NCBI GenBank assembly: GCA_964016885.1
Contig: OZ024741.1
Location: 331,514,001-331,578,000, forward strand
DNA from: Eledone cirrhosa
Lineage: Eukaryota
Reading direction: 5' to 3'
Length of the DNA: 64,000 nt
Made by a program: the position numbers and the translations under genes. This document shows positions 38,998-53,702 of the stretch, one piece after another. The notes under the pieces were generated by a model that saw nothing but the letters and a program-made list of their open reading frames with translations, was not told the origin of the DNA and did no database searches. The first letter of the stretch is position 1. Every line of letters starts with the position of its first letter.

Positions 38998-39505
38998 TTT
39001 TTCTAGCATTGGTACAAGGCCAGAAATTTGAGAGGAAAGGAGAATGTTGATTATATCGACACCAGTACTTTACTGGTACTTTATTTTATCAACCCTCAGA
39101 AAGATGAAAGGAAAAGTTGACCTCAGAACATAGAAAGTTGTAACTAAATGCCATAAATTTCTTTCTAACATTGGTACAAGGCCAGCAAAGTTAATAATAC
39201 TGACACCAATACTTTACTGGTACTTTATTATATTAATCCTCAGAAGGATGAAAGGCAAATTTGACCTCAATGAGGTTTGAACTTAGAATGTAGATAGTTG
39301 TAATTAAATGCCATAAAATTCTTTCTAATATTAGTACAAGCCCAGCAATTTGGGGAAAGGGGAAATTCGATTATATTTAACTGGTGTTTGATTTTATAAA
39401 CCTTGGAAGGATGAAAGGCAAAGTTGACCTCAGAGAGATTTCCACTCAGAATGTAGAAAGTGCTAACTAAATACCACAAAACATTTTGTCCAGTGTTCTA
39501 TTGAT
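38998..39505 (-). mobile_element. Three partial tandem tRNA-SINE copies
   Basis: Repeated TTGGTACAAGGCCAG..CTGGTACTTTATT..GGATGAAAGGCAAA.TTGACCTC. Confidence 0.75.
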
Positions 39506-40084
39506 TCCTTCCACAGGAACTACTTGGCCCTTCTTCACCCAGCAATAACCACCCATGCACATCACATATCCATACCAATGCAGTCTCCTCTCATGCACAC
39601 TGCATCTGATTCCTCTTATACCCAGTTTCTCCCTCAGTTCATCCATGCTTTGTTGTTCTCACACATTAACATTGCATATCATCATCATCATCATTTTAAT
39701 GCCTGCCTTCCCTGCTAGCAATGGTTGGACAGGTCTACATAGACCAAGTCAGTACTGAAGTGGGGCCACTGACCTCCCAGACAGGCTGAGAGGCCTGTTA
39801 TCTTGCTAATGTACAGTCTCATGTTCTACCGAGTGCACAGGAAAGGTTGTCATATCCTTGCCACGGCTTTAGGGTTCTCTCAACCCTTTGTTTGCCAAGC
39901 TTTCTCATCACCAACCACTTTACAGCATGTACTGGGTGTGTTTATCATGTAGGTCACCAGCACTAGGGAGGCTGTCATGTTTTTTACAAAACTGAAGGGC
40001 CCTTTCAACCTTTTGTTGAAGATTGTAGACATTAGTTTCAAAAGTAGGCTGTTTAGTTGATCAAACAACAGGAGTACCACTCAT

Positions 40085-40400
40085 CTTTAGAACTGACGGA
40101 GGTTCATATAAAAAAGTAGATGAAAGAATATGATGACAGAGAGAAACAGCAAATATTTAAAAGTTATCTGGACTTGGCGATAGAACTAAAAAGAAAAAGA
40201 AAAAAAGAACTCCGATATATATGAGTGAAAATAAAACCTTGATGTCATAGGAGCACTGGGACCAATGCCAAGACAACTATTTATGAGACAGCGAGACATC
40301 AGAATCGAAACACCTTTGGCAGGATTGCAGGAAACTGCCATCTTCTATTCTGCAAGAAAGCTCTGCAAAGTTCTTGAGAGTTACTAGAACTTGTCAGCAA
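40085..40400 (+). pseudogene. Decayed RLE-LINE C-terminal fragment
   Basis: YLDLAIELK, VIGALG, LQETAIFYSARKLCKVLE, similar to the end of the 5292-6175 ORF. Confidence 0.55.
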
Positions 40401-40844
40401 ATCTCAAGTTATGATGCCATTAACTTGAGCAATATAGATCTTTGATGATGAGAATAGCACACACTGATAAAAAAAAAAAATAGCCCTGCTAGGCACAGAC
40501 TTTACTCTATACAAAGACATTGCCATTTTAACAGCATGACTCACAGAATAAACTTTCTGTACAATTTTACACACAATATATTCTACATGGTAACAATCAA
40601 CCATAATAATATGACGCTATGTGTGTTTGTATATATATATTTATAACTATATATCTGTCAGTAACTCTTTAAAATTTACATGCAGAGAAACATATACACA
40701 ATACACACTGCCTTTCCTATTCCAAGCATGTGGCTCCAATAAGAACTTCCCTTTCCAATCCCAAGATCCTGGATTCTAACCCTACAATTGTCCCTATAGA
40801 TAGTTATTCCTCCCCAATCATACATTGAAATTTGTATGCCATTT

Positions 40845-40878
<34 letters not shown>

Positions 40879-41053
40879 ATATATATACTGAACATCTATG
40901 TAATTATGTCCTAGAAATAAATGATTAAAATCTTTAATCATATCCACATGTCAAAAATTAACATAAAATATAGGATTTCTCTTGTGCATCCATTAATTCA
41001 TTAAAATGCAAGTTTACCAGTTTGACTGTTTGTTCATATAATATATATATATA

Positions 41054-41433
41054 CAGTGCATCTTTGCTTATCCGGATATCGCTTTTCCGAAATTCGATTT
41101 ACCGGACGGCTATTTCTATACTACTATTTATTCATTTAAAAAAAAGTACTAACTTTTTATGGTTTGACTCAATTCACTTTTACCAAGTTTTTAGTTATTC
41201 TTATGTTTGTTTAATTAATTTTCTTATAAATTCTAGCTGTTCTTTTGTTATTCTAATAAACTTTCTTTACTTAGCATTTGTCTTTTATTTTGACTAAAAG
41301 AAGCCAAAACATTAGAAACCACGAGCATTATGTAACAATGGGATTTTAGAATTCACTTATCCAGATATTTCACTTAACCAGATCTTTTTCTAACTGTTTG
41401 GTTTTGACCGTCCGGATAAGCGAAGTTTCACTG
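41054..41433. mobile_element. pogo/Tigger-type MITE
   Basis: TIRs CAGTGCATCTTTGCTTATCCGGA / TCCGGATAAGCGAAGTTTCACTG; TA flanks. Confidence 0.8.
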
Positions 41434-41595
41434 TATATATATATATATATATGTAGAGGTTATATCTAATTTGTTGGGATACAACAAGCTAAATATTTTT
41501 ATAACTGATATAAAGCACTCAACAAAGTGGCCCTTGAAATATGTATAATGAAATAAATATGGTTTTATAAATATAGTTTCCATTTGTTAATATAT

Positions 41596-41646
<51 letters not shown>

Positions 41647-41846
41647 ACTAGAAATTGATTAACATATATATAAACATGAATAATCACAGGAGATAATTTT
41701 TACAAGTGTGTAACCACACATAGCTAGGTAGGTAACTACTCGTTAGAATCTTAGAGCTTATTTTCCGGGTGATATGGCGCATGTCTTTCTGGCATGACAC
41801 CCATAATTTTGATTTAGATTAAATTCATTTAATTTATCTTAATTTT

Positions 41847-41899
<53 letters not shown>

Positions 41900-41903
<4 letters not shown>

Positions 41904-42243
41904 ATACATTAACAGAGAAAGCTTTAAGCAATACTCCGACCGACTTCCGTCTCACTCAACAAACATTAGGATATACCTTAGTATAATCCCAATTATACGT
42001 TTGGGGTGCTAACTATACGTATTTTGAGGATAGCCAGTTGTATTATTTTATATGAGACAAAAATTAAATACATCTCTCTTTCCAAACGATCGTTTCATTA
42101 TAAGTTTTCTACAAGTTGGGAAAATAATGTCCAGGTTATGTAGAAGCCTACACCTAGTCTATAGGAATATATGCAGGTGGGCACTTATAAATCATCAGTG
42201 GATGCCCAACAATATCGATATAAAAAAAACCCTACCGATATTG

Positions 42244-42247
<4 letters not shown>
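41900..42247 (-). mobile_element. Hammerhead element family E with ribozyme and tail
   Basis: TA-flanked; tail shared with 18042-18212. Confidence 0.8.
42081..42202 (-). ncRNA. Type I hammerhead with large branched stem II
   Basis: TCCA-CTGATGA-T TTATAAGT [~80 nt, two hairpins] ACTTATAA T-GAA-ACGATCGT-T-TGGA. Confidence 0.75.
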
Positions 42248-42274
<27 letters not shown>

Positions 42275-44482
42275 CCAGTTAACTTAGTGTATATGGTACA
42301 CCAATCCCAGACTAAAAAAATGAAATATATTCAACACTATTACTATCAATATTGAGGGCACTGATCTACACATTTCTAATGACACACTGCATCTGAATTA
42401 ATGAAGAATTTTGAGTGATTTACTAAAATTATTAATTATTTCATTACAATGCTATAAATGTGGTTGGCATTAGGGAGGGCATCCAGCCAGAAAAAAAACA
42501 AGCCAGAAACAGTTCTGCATGGGACAACTTGTCTAACCTATACAAGTAAGGAAAAATGGGCATTAAACAGTGATGGTGATGATATCATGGTCTTTATAAC
42601 GAGAAGTTCTTATATAAAATTATGTTAGAAGATTTGGATTTAAATAGGAACCCTTTAACCCTTTTTATATAACTGCTGGTAACCATCCCTGGTTCTACGA
42701 AATAAAACTTTTTATTCTAAAGTTTTTCAATTTATCTAAAAACTTTAGAATAAACAGTGTTCTATGCTCTACCGATTCTGCCTTAAACACCTCAATAATA
42801 ATTGTTTCTACTTTTGGCGCAAGGCCAGCAATTATCCCAGTGTATTACTGGTACTTTATTTTATCGATAATGACACTGGTCCACTATCATATACAACATA
42901 TATAACACCACACATACTTTACAGCAGTGTTCTGCCAAATTATTCTGGGGTTTCACAAAATAAGGTGTCTTTCAATAGAATTTAATAAAAAATATATCTG
43001 TGTTCTGTTTTTTGTTCATATGAATAAATTCTCTCTCTAAGACACCATCATCATCATCATCATCATCTTCGTTTAATGTCCATTTTCCACCCTAGCATGG
43101 GTTAGACACTACTGTTGAATTAAATTTGGTGGGGATTGTTGATAAAATATGATTTAGCAGAAAATATCTAAAAGCTGACCTCGAGAAGGATGAGCCCCCT
43201 TCAGGCTTAAAATGCCCAAGAAACACTTTATGACCCTATGACTCCATCAAGAGTTACGGGACCATGCATGCATATAAAAGCTGGTTTCTTAATTCAAATA
43301 TATAGTGTCTCTACTAGTGGACAGATCTTTAATTCTTAATGTGATTCAGTCATTGTGTGTGTGTGTGTGTATGTGTATCTGTTGAGTGTGTGTGTCTGTT
43401 TGTATGTGAGTGTGTGTTTGCATGTGTCTTGTAGCTTTTTGTTTCAGCAAAATTAAAGTAGATTGATAAAATAAGTACCAGGATCGTAAAATAAAAGAAA
43501 GAAAAAAGATTCAAGTTGATATGATCAACTAAACCAAGATGGTGCCCCAGCATAGCCACAGTCTAACTAACTGAAACCAGTAAAAGTGTAAAAAGAAGGG
43601 TAAACTCTCCTACAAAACTTACTGGCCAATGTGAAGAGTATCCATATTTCTGACTGTCCTTCCTAGTATAGAGGGTATTACAGTATCTCTCTCTCTCTCT
43701 CTCTCTTTTATTTTCCTTTTCTCTCTTACTCTATCACTTATCTCATAACAAGTGACAGATTCATACACACCCATATGTACACATGCACCAACTCGCACAC
43801 ACACATACAGACACGCACACATACGCACAGATAAATGCACAAAGACACAAACACACACATCCACCCATATATCCACATACACACAAATGCACAAACACAC
43901 AAACACACACATGCACATGCTCACACACACATACACACACAAAGGGTTACTAGCACTTCCAAAATCTCAATATACAATGGTAAAAAGACAAAACACACAC
44001 AGACAAATGCACAAAGACCAAACACTAACACAAACACATGCACATACACATACACACATACACACTTACAGAGAGAAAGAAAGAGAAAGGGGAGAGAGAT
44101 GGGGAGGGGGGAGAGAAAGGGATGTAACTGGCACTTCAAAACCCAATATAATATGGTAAAAGACCAAACGCAACCATACAAGACAAAAATAGAAGAACAA
44201 AACACAAAAAACAGGAGCCAAATTGTTAATCTCTATTGGATGGAAAACCTTTGCCCAACATGCCAGGAGATAATCCCTTGTATCATGTGACAAAAACTGG
44301 GAGATTAAAGACAAGGGGACGATAAAAATAATATTTATAATATTTTTATTATTAATATAAAATGTTTATATTCACACACACAGACATAGGCATTCATAGA
44401 TATACATATTTATACATGTATTAATGTATACATATATGTTTATTTACGTTAGTGTGTGTATATGTGTGTATGTGTGTGTGTT

Positions 44483-44525
<43 letters not shown>

Positions 44526-44601
44526 ACGATGATAATGATATATATATATGTATGTATGTATGAATAGATGTATAAAAATATAAGTCCAAACATACACAGA
44601 C

Positions 44602-44639
<38 letters not shown>

Positions 44640-44674
44640 GTGTGTGTATGTTTGGACTTATATTTTTATTGGAC

Positions 44675-44738
<64 letters not shown>

Positions 44739-45639
44739 TTATACATATGTTTGGACTTATATTTTTATACATCTATTCATACATACATAGAAGTACCTTC
44801 ATTCAATCCCCCCTACCATTATCACAAAACAAATCCATGCATATATGCAGTTATATTTGCAATTGGAGGTTTACCAATGAAGAAAGATATAAGTAAATAC
44901 ATACACACTCATATATAGATATAAATACTCCCAAACACACACATATAGATACACACACAATCACATATACATTCAGAGACATACATTGACCTACACACAT
45001 ACACAAAAATACATTAACATGCGCACACGCACACACACACACAAACACACCCTCACATATACACACATTCATATGCATACACATATACACACTCCCACCT
45101 CTTTCTCACACACACACCAATATAATATACATGCATAAAATATATATACACACACATACACTAATATATATATATATATACACACACACACACCTATATA
45201 TATATATATACATACACACCAATATAGATTCACACCATATATATATATATATACACATACAGACACCAATATATATATACACACACAGCAATATATATAT
45301 ATACTCATATACACACCAATATATATATATATATATACACACACACTAACACACACAAAGAAGGTTGATAGGAATAATCTAACTGAGAGGGTGTTTCTTT
45401 GCCAATGACTCTTCTAGTATTTACCGAAGATGGACAAAGAGTACCGGATGAAGAAATATTATTTATTATATAAGCTGGATTAGTGAGTATTTTCAATGGA
45501 GAATGACAAAAACAGACTGGAATGTAGAGATTTATAAGAGGACAGTTGACAGAAGAAAAATAACTGTGGTTGAGAATAGAACAAGGATTAGGGTCATTTG
45601 TAGCCTGATAGAACCAATATAGCTAGAGTAGGTATATAT

Positions 45640-46560
45640 TGCTATGTATTTCTTCTTTTAGTCTTTGTTATTTAGTGAAACTGTGTCGTCAATAAAGATG
45701 GCAATAATGATGGTAAATATAGTTAATTTTTCAAAGTCCAAGATTGGACTATACCATATATAGTTTTAGTCTTTGTTACTAGTGAGACCATGTTGTTAAT
45801 AATGATGGTAAACATAGTTAATATTACAGAGTCCAAGATTGGTATACCATCATCATATCATCATCGATTAACGTCCATCTTCCACGTTAGCATGGGTTCG
45901 ATGGGAATTATCCCACTTGAGGCAAGATGGATCAGGTGACCATGTCTCGCTCGTATAGGACTGTATCTGACAGGTTTTCTATGGCTGGATGCCCTTTCTA
46001 ACACCAACCACATTTACAGTGTGAACTGGGAGCCTTTTTACCATGTCTCCTACCATATATAGTTTTATTCTTTGTTACTAGTGGAACCATGTTGGCAATA
46101 ATGATGGGAAACATAGTTAATATTACAGAGTCCAAGATTGGTATGCCATATATAGTTTTAGTCTTTGTTACTAGTAGAAGATTGGTCTACCATACATAGT
46201 TTTATTCTTTGTTACTAATGGAACCATGTTGTTAATAATTGTTTCTACTTTTGGTTCAAGGTCAGCAATTACCCCAGTGCATTACTGGTACTTTATTTTA
46301 TCAATCCTGTAAGGATGAAAGGCAAAGCTAACCTCAGTGGGATTTGAACTCAGAGCGTAAATGGCCATAACTCTGTGCCGGAAAGCATGGTGTCTGGCAC
46401 TCTATCGATACTGCCAATCCACTACCTATTATTGTTAATAAGGATGGCAAACATAGTTAATTTTATATACCATATATAGTTTTATTCTTTGTTACTAGTG
46501 GAACTGTGTTGTTAAACATAGTTAATTTCTTCAAGACTGAGATTGGTATGCCATATATAG
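45640..46560. repeat. ~85-95-bp tandem repeat interrupted by two SINEs (45850-46050, 46237-46425)
   Basis: CCATATATAGTTTTA.TCTTTGTTACTAGTG.AACCATGTTG..AATAATGATGG.AAACATAGTTAAT..CAGAGTCCAAGATTGGT repeated about 5-6 times. Confidence 0.85.
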
Positions 46561-46761
46561 CAGGATTACTGTGAGGCAGGGTAGCTGTTGCTGGCCGTTC
46601 TCTGTGGCAATATGGCAATGCCTTCGCCATTTTGTCTGCGGAGCACAGCCAAATCACTGCTTAGACTAGGGTGTAGAATCTGTCCCTCTTCCTTTTTTTT
46701 TTGTTTCCTTTGAATATTGTTATTTCTTAATTGTAAACATTATTATATTATAGATATGTAG

Positions 46762-46800
<39 letters not shown>

Positions 46801-46803
<3 letters not shown>

Positions 46804-46998
46804 ACGTAGATACCCGATTTATGTTAGGAGTAACCTCAGTTAAAAAAGGTACTCAATATATTGGTAGAGTATAGACATCTTTATTATATACATAGATATT
46901 ACTTCTACAGGACTAGTACTGTTTCATTTGTATGAAACCATCCTGATTATTTCATACGAATGAAACAGTCCTGTAGAAGTATTTCTATAAATAAAATG
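46801..46998 (-). mobile_element. Fold-back element family H, copy 1 (palindrome centred on stem II)
   Basis: Palindrome ~46877-46998; arm GAA-ACAG TACTAGTC CTGT-A-GAAGT; tail with GTACTCAATA..GTAGAGT. Confidence 0.7.
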
Positions 46999-47450
46999 TG
47001 TGTGTGTGAGTGTGTGAATTATTTATTCTTTATGATTAACATTCATATAAAAAAAGAATTATATGTCTTAGAGAAGGGCCTCAAATTTCATATAGCTTAG
47101 AGCCTCATCAGGTGAAAGGCCAGCCCTGCACAAGATACCTGCAGCTAATGTGAATTCAGTTGTACAGTATTTTATCTCTCCACAGTAAATTTTTCACTTC
47201 TACAAATTTGAAATATTTTTCTCTGAGGCTAAAAGGGTTCATTGTGAAGAGGTGTGCATTTACAGAGTTTGTTTGACTATAAAAATATTGTTATTGTTAC
47301 AGTGTATGTATTTTCAGAGTTAATGGAAGTGAAAGGCTTATTTCAAACGTATTCAAAATGGAGGCATATTATCTTATATAGAAATAATTTGAGTGTACTT
47401 GAAATAACAACTCCCATTGCCAAACATTGAATTCAAAGGTTGTTTGTGGA

Positions 47451-47492
<42 letters not shown>

Positions 47493-47605
47493 ATGTATGT
47501 GTGTGAGTATGTATGTGTGTGTATGTATACATATGTTCATACATACAATATATACTGTATATATATATATATATATATGTTGTGTTGTTATTTCTGTTTA
47601 CCTTT

Positions 47606-47637
<32 letters not shown>

Positions 47638-48173
47638 CATACATGCATACACACACACACACACACATATATATATACACAAATAATAATATATCAGCTT
47701 GCCGATCACAAATAATTGTAAGGTATAAAAGAAGCTGTGGTTGAGGCAGCACAGTGTTAAATCTAACAGTGCCATAAATATAACTTGAAATCTGTGTTTT
47801 CTGAAAAATCAAATATGTGATGTCAGCTTTAATAATCTGTTATGTTGAAACTAAGTATTCTCTCCTGGTTACAGAGAAAGAAGAACTGTTTGCCTTGGTA
47901 TAATTAACAAACAGGCTGGCTATAGATAAAGGCTCCTTATCTAAACAACAAAAATATTTTTATATATATTGAAGAGGATTTCCTGCAGCAGACAATGTTG
48001 AATAGATAGATAACTTTGTAGATCTCATCATTGTGAATGTTTTTTAAAGAGAATTTGAAACTATTAGACATGGACAATTGCATCCATAATGGCTTTTGTC
48101 ATTGCAACATTTATAAAGAGTAAAATGTAAGAAAAAGATGGTTGGCATGTGTATGTGTGGAAGAAAGATCGCT

Positions 48174-48210
<37 letters not shown>

Positions 48211-48705
48211 AGCTGGCTGGTGTGCGCGTGTGGAGGAAAAATGGCTAGTGTGTACGTGTGTGTATGTGTGTATGTGTGGAGGAAGCTGGCTGGTCTGGTG
48301 TGTGGAGGAAAAATGGCTGGTGTGTGTATATGTGTAGGAAAAATGGTTGGTGTGTATATATGTGTAGGAATGATGGCTGGTGTGTGTGTGTAGGAAAGAA
48401 GGCTGGTGTGTATGTGTGTAGGAAAGATGACTGCTGTGTGTGTGTAGGAAGAAGGGCTGGGGGTTATATTGTCATAGTGATGAGAAGGAACATTGGAAAC
48501 AAAGCACCAATATATTCAACCAAATGCTATTAACATTTTTATCTTAAAAGTGTGCCTGGTTTATAGCTAAAAGAAAATAGGATAACATATGTCAGGATAT
48601 TCCCATTTTCATTACAATAAGATAATTGTGCATATATGTTTATAAACACGCACACAAACTAAATATATATATATATATGCATATATGTTTATAAACACGC
48701 ACACA

Positions 48706-48742
<37 letters not shown>

Positions 48743-48840
48743 TATATGTTTATAAACATGCACACAAACTCTCTCTCTCTCTATATATATATATATAGCC
48801 CATGCTAGCATGGAAGATAGACGTTAATCGATGATGAGGA

Positions 48841-48896
<56 letters not shown>

Positions 48897-49210
48897 ATGT
48901 AAAAGGTCCCCCACACATGTGTGTAACATACATTGTCGTCACCATCTTATGTCCCCTTGTCCATTCTTGCATGGGCTGGAAGGGTCTTTTTCAGCATAAC
49001 ATATCTCTACTCACTGCGTTCCTTCATCATTTCCTCTGCAAGCTTCAGCAATTTGGGATCAGCTGTCATCACCTCAATACAAGGCTTCCTTGGTATCTAC
49101 TCTACCATCCTTTCACATATAAATACATAAACACATAAACACATACACACACATATATTGATATAAATGTTAAACACTATATATATATATATACACATGC
49201 TTATATATAA

Positions 49211-49268
<58 letters not shown>

Positions 49269-49289
49269 TACATATATACATATATACAT

Positions 49290-49331
<42 letters not shown>

Positions 49332-49443
49332 GTATATATATGCATACATATATACATACATATATACATACATATATATATATACATATATATATATACA
49401 TATGCATATATATATACATATATATACGTACATATATATATAC

Positions 49444-49521
<78 letters not shown>

Positions 49522-50052
49522 GCACATATGTATATATCATCATTTAACATCTGTATATAAGTATATAAAAAGTAGATAAAACAAAAAAAAAAGCAACAAG
49601 AACAACAAAAATATTGAGCTAAATCGAAGCAGGGACTGTGAAATATCTTTCGACTTTCAAGATATTTATAAATACACAAGGAAATAAAATGAATATTTAT
49701 TGCAAGACTGAATGGCTTTGGAAAGTAAATTAATAGGAATAATTTGATGAAGTTTTCCTAGTTCCAATTATATTAATAGAGAATGGAGAATAACTGAGAT
49801 GATACAGTAATTTATGACAGAACAATCTCGTCTCTATGAGGGCTGTTGAAAGCATTGCTACTTTGACGAACAGCTCCGAATTAATTAGATTCATTTTATG
49901 ATGCTGGTATGCCATAATGTTGCATTTTGATTTGTTTGATGGTTGGTGCTGTATGGGGGTGGGTGGGTGGGGGAATAACGTTATATATCTTGCCTACTTC
50001 ACTCTCCCGCGCAAAACATATATTTATATATATATATATATCTACATACATA

Positions 50053-50112
<60 letters not shown>

Positions 50113-51121
50113 GGTTGATGGTGTATGGAAAATAACATTACGTCTTGCCTCCTTAAGTCCCCCAACAAAAACGTATATATATATTCATATATATATATAT
50201 ATATATATCTATATATATACATATATAGATATATACATATACAAAATATAGATATATAAAAAAAGTAAAAATGAAATATAATAAATGAAGAAATATAAAC
50301 TGGAAATGGAAGAAAAGAAAGAAAGTGGAGGAAATGAGACTAAATAAGTAAAAAAAGAAACAAAAAACAAAACAAAACATAAACAAAACGGAAAAGAAAA
50401 GATAAAGGGAAAGAACGAAGTTTCTTGCACAGAAGAGAAGAGACTTTTTTTTACTTCTTCCATTTTCTAATATCTGTAATATCTAATTGGTATATTCTCT
50501 CACATTCATTTTTCCTACATTGTTTACGCTGGAATCAAAACTAACCATGGAGATGCCCCAAGCAAATATTATTCAATGATGAGTCTTGTAGGTTTATTAG
50601 AAGGCGGGCTTCTCTGTTTGTAGTATGTGTATGTGTGGACATAGAACTTGGCATGTATATATTCATATGTCTATATATGTAAATGTGGTTGTATGCTTTT
50701 TTTGCATTTTATATATATATCGATATTTGCCTGTATGAGTGTTTGTTTCATATATTATATCATATATATATATATATATATATATATTGGTGTATGCATG
50801 TATTGCTTGGTCCATAGATATATAAATATTTATGTGCATATATATATATGCATGCATGCAGATATTAATATATATATATTCTTTCTAAATATGTATATAT
50901 TATAGTAATGTGTAGTTTGAAGATGAGTATATGTATATGCATGCATATATACACATATATATGCAAATGTATATTATCATTATTACTTCATTACTGTATA
51001 AATACAATAAAGAGATTTTGATGAATAGGAATATGCATATTAATATTTCTACACATAGTCACATATACATTTGTATTCTTGTTGTTTAATATGTTTGCAA
51101 TATGAATATATATATACATAC

Positions 51122-51174
<53 letters not shown>

Positions 51175-52444
51175 ACATTGCATCCTTATCTCTGTTGAGG
51201 CATATTTATATCAATACATATATACAATTAATTACACATCATCATTACTACATTGTAACTGTATAAAAGATGCTGTTGAATTAATAACATATGTATAGAT
51301 AACTGTAGAGATATTCCCCTATACACCTCTTTGTCACGCATTGGATAAGCTGTTACTGTCTGAGTCAGTTCCTATTTCAGTTACCCTCTCCTCCTACATG
51401 GGTTGTTAGGGACCATGTCTTGTCAATATATTCTAATTTTGGCATAGTTTCTATAGCTGGATTGCCTTCCTAACACCAACCACTATATAGAGTAAACTGG
51501 GTGTATGTTATTGTGTCAACAGCACTAGAAAGGTTGCGATGTCCTCAACAAGATGAAAGACCTGTCTCTACCCAACGATGTTGTCTGTTCAATTGTTGAC
51601 CATTTTGAAGAGTAAACTGGGTGCATTTCATCACGGCACCAACACTAGAAAGGTTGTATTGCCCATACATGGCAAGAAGAGCCATTCACATTCCATACCA
51701 TCACTGTTCTTTCAAGGTAAAATTACCCAAGTGTAATTTTCATTAGAAGTGGTGGTCTGGGGGTTAAAAGAGGAGAATGAGTATGAATATGAATGAGTAT
51801 GAATATGATATTAGGTGAGAGAGAGGGAAAAGGTTAGCTACATGTTAATTGTGGCTGGGAGGTTGTGTAATAGATGTTTCTTGCATACAGAGTAGGTGAC
51901 CTTCCTATAGCATAGAGTGATAGCTTAGTGAATATCACATAGAGCAATGTGGGGAGCTTTTAAAGCATGATGTAGTAGATGAGAGGTCTGATACTGTCAA
52001 CTACCACAGCCACTGCCTTAATGGCTATTTTGCCCTGGTTCCCACGTAATAAATTTGTCATAATGTGAAAGATAATCACATATCATCAAAAATTTCATGA
52101 AAAATAACTGCATTAACAATAACCACATTCCTTGATTTTAGGTGTTTTATACATATGATACTGAATACATGCAAATATCACATGTTTCTGCATGAGAACC
52201 AATGATGATATCAAGTGTTCTGCAAATGATAATTAAATATATAAATTTGATGCAACCAATAACATCTTGATGCTTAAATTAATTTTAATGTGGTTAAGAA
52301 TATATTTGCTTTCCTTCTCCATCACTTGAACAATAAACAATGTGAACCTTAAAATAAATGATTTAAGAAGCTTAAGCTTGGAATAAAATATATACACCCT
52401 ACATTCAGTGTTAACTATGATGTATGTATGTATACATATATATA

Positions 52445-52857
52445 TCATCATCATCATTTTACGTCCGCTTTTCCCTGCTTGCAAGGGGTCTTATTCAGCA
52501 CAGCATCTCTCCACTTGTCACAGTCCTTTGTCATCTCCTCTGGGAGCTTCAGCAATCTGAGGTCTGTTCTCACCACCTCCACCCATGTTTTTGTGGTCTA
52601 CCTCTACTGCGTCTTCGTTCTACTGGGATTTCTTGGCACTTTTTTACCCAGCGGTGATCTTCCATGTGCATCACATGTCCATACCATCGCAGTCTTCTCT
52701 TCCGCACACTACAACTTATCCCTCTTATACATAGTTTCTCTCTCAACTCATCCATGCTTGGTCACTCATGCACATTGACATTACACATCCAATGGAGCAT
52801 GCTTCATTTCTCTCCAGCGCCGTCGCATATCCTCTGCAGTTGGTGCCCATGTCTCAG

Positions 52858-52860
<3 letters not shown>
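52445..52860 (-). mobile_element. RTE-clade LINE 3' fragment
   Basis: ELREKL.IRGI...RRLRWYGHVMHME..GRP; (GAT)n tail. Confidence 0.85.
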
Positions 52861-52894
<34 letters not shown>

Positions 52895-52899
<5 letters not shown>

Positions 52900-53670
52900 T
52901 AAAATAACAGATTAAAGTTTAAGCAAAGAATCGCTGCTTTCACCCTTAACGGGATCTTCTGAAACTAACAAAGTCAATCTGTGAACGCAGAAGCGAATAT
53001 TTCAAAAAACGTTGCAACCGGAGGAAGACAGCAAGACGATACTTTGGTTTGTGAAAACGTTCCCTGGCAAAGAACGGGAAAAAACGAATATAATACGTCA
53101 TTAATAGGAGCGGTAAAAAACAATTACACGCAAAGACAGAACCACGTTTATGGTATAAAAGAAGTCGTAGACTAATGTTCTCTTAAGTGGTTCATAGAGA
53201 CGTTCTCTGGCAATGAACGGAAAAAACGAAGATAATACGTCATATGTGGAGCATGGAGAACAATTGCACGCAAAGACAAAACCACGTAAATGGTATAACT
53301 GAAGTCGTAGACTAAAATTCTAACTAGGAAACCGAATGATTCTCGCCTTCAGAGTTAAGAATAAAGTAAATAAAATACAGAGGTAATTGAAATTAAATAA
53401 ATACATACACGCATCCATATACGAACGAACCAAAGTATCGTCTTCCTGTCTTCCTCCGGTTGCAACGATTTTGAAATATTCACTTCTGCATTCACAGATT
53501 GACTTTGTTAGTTTCAGAAGATCCAGTTAAGGGTGAAAGCAGCGATTCTTTGCTTAAACTTTAATCTGTTATTTTAATAAATATTTGCTCTACGGTTCTT
53601 ATATATTTGATATATATTTATCCTTATCGAGCCCTCTTTGGATTTTAGTCTTCAAATTTATTATTATTAC
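52895..53670 (+). mobile_element. Fold-back hammerhead element family A, copy 2
   Basis: Homolog of 130-1022; hammerhead-like motifs at 52916-52966 (-) and 53510-53560 (+); internal ~120-bp duplication. Confidence 0.8.
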
Positions 53671-53702
53671 TATATATATATATATGTGTGTGTGTGTGTA
53701 TG

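Noticed and set aside
47095-47130. TCATCAG motif
   Set aside because: No compatible stem II/GAAA; more like a DNA-MITE end
49828-49892. CTATGA-GGGCTGTT..AACAGCTC-CGAATTAATTAGA hammerhead-like stretch
   Set aside because: Needs two or more core defects and is single copy
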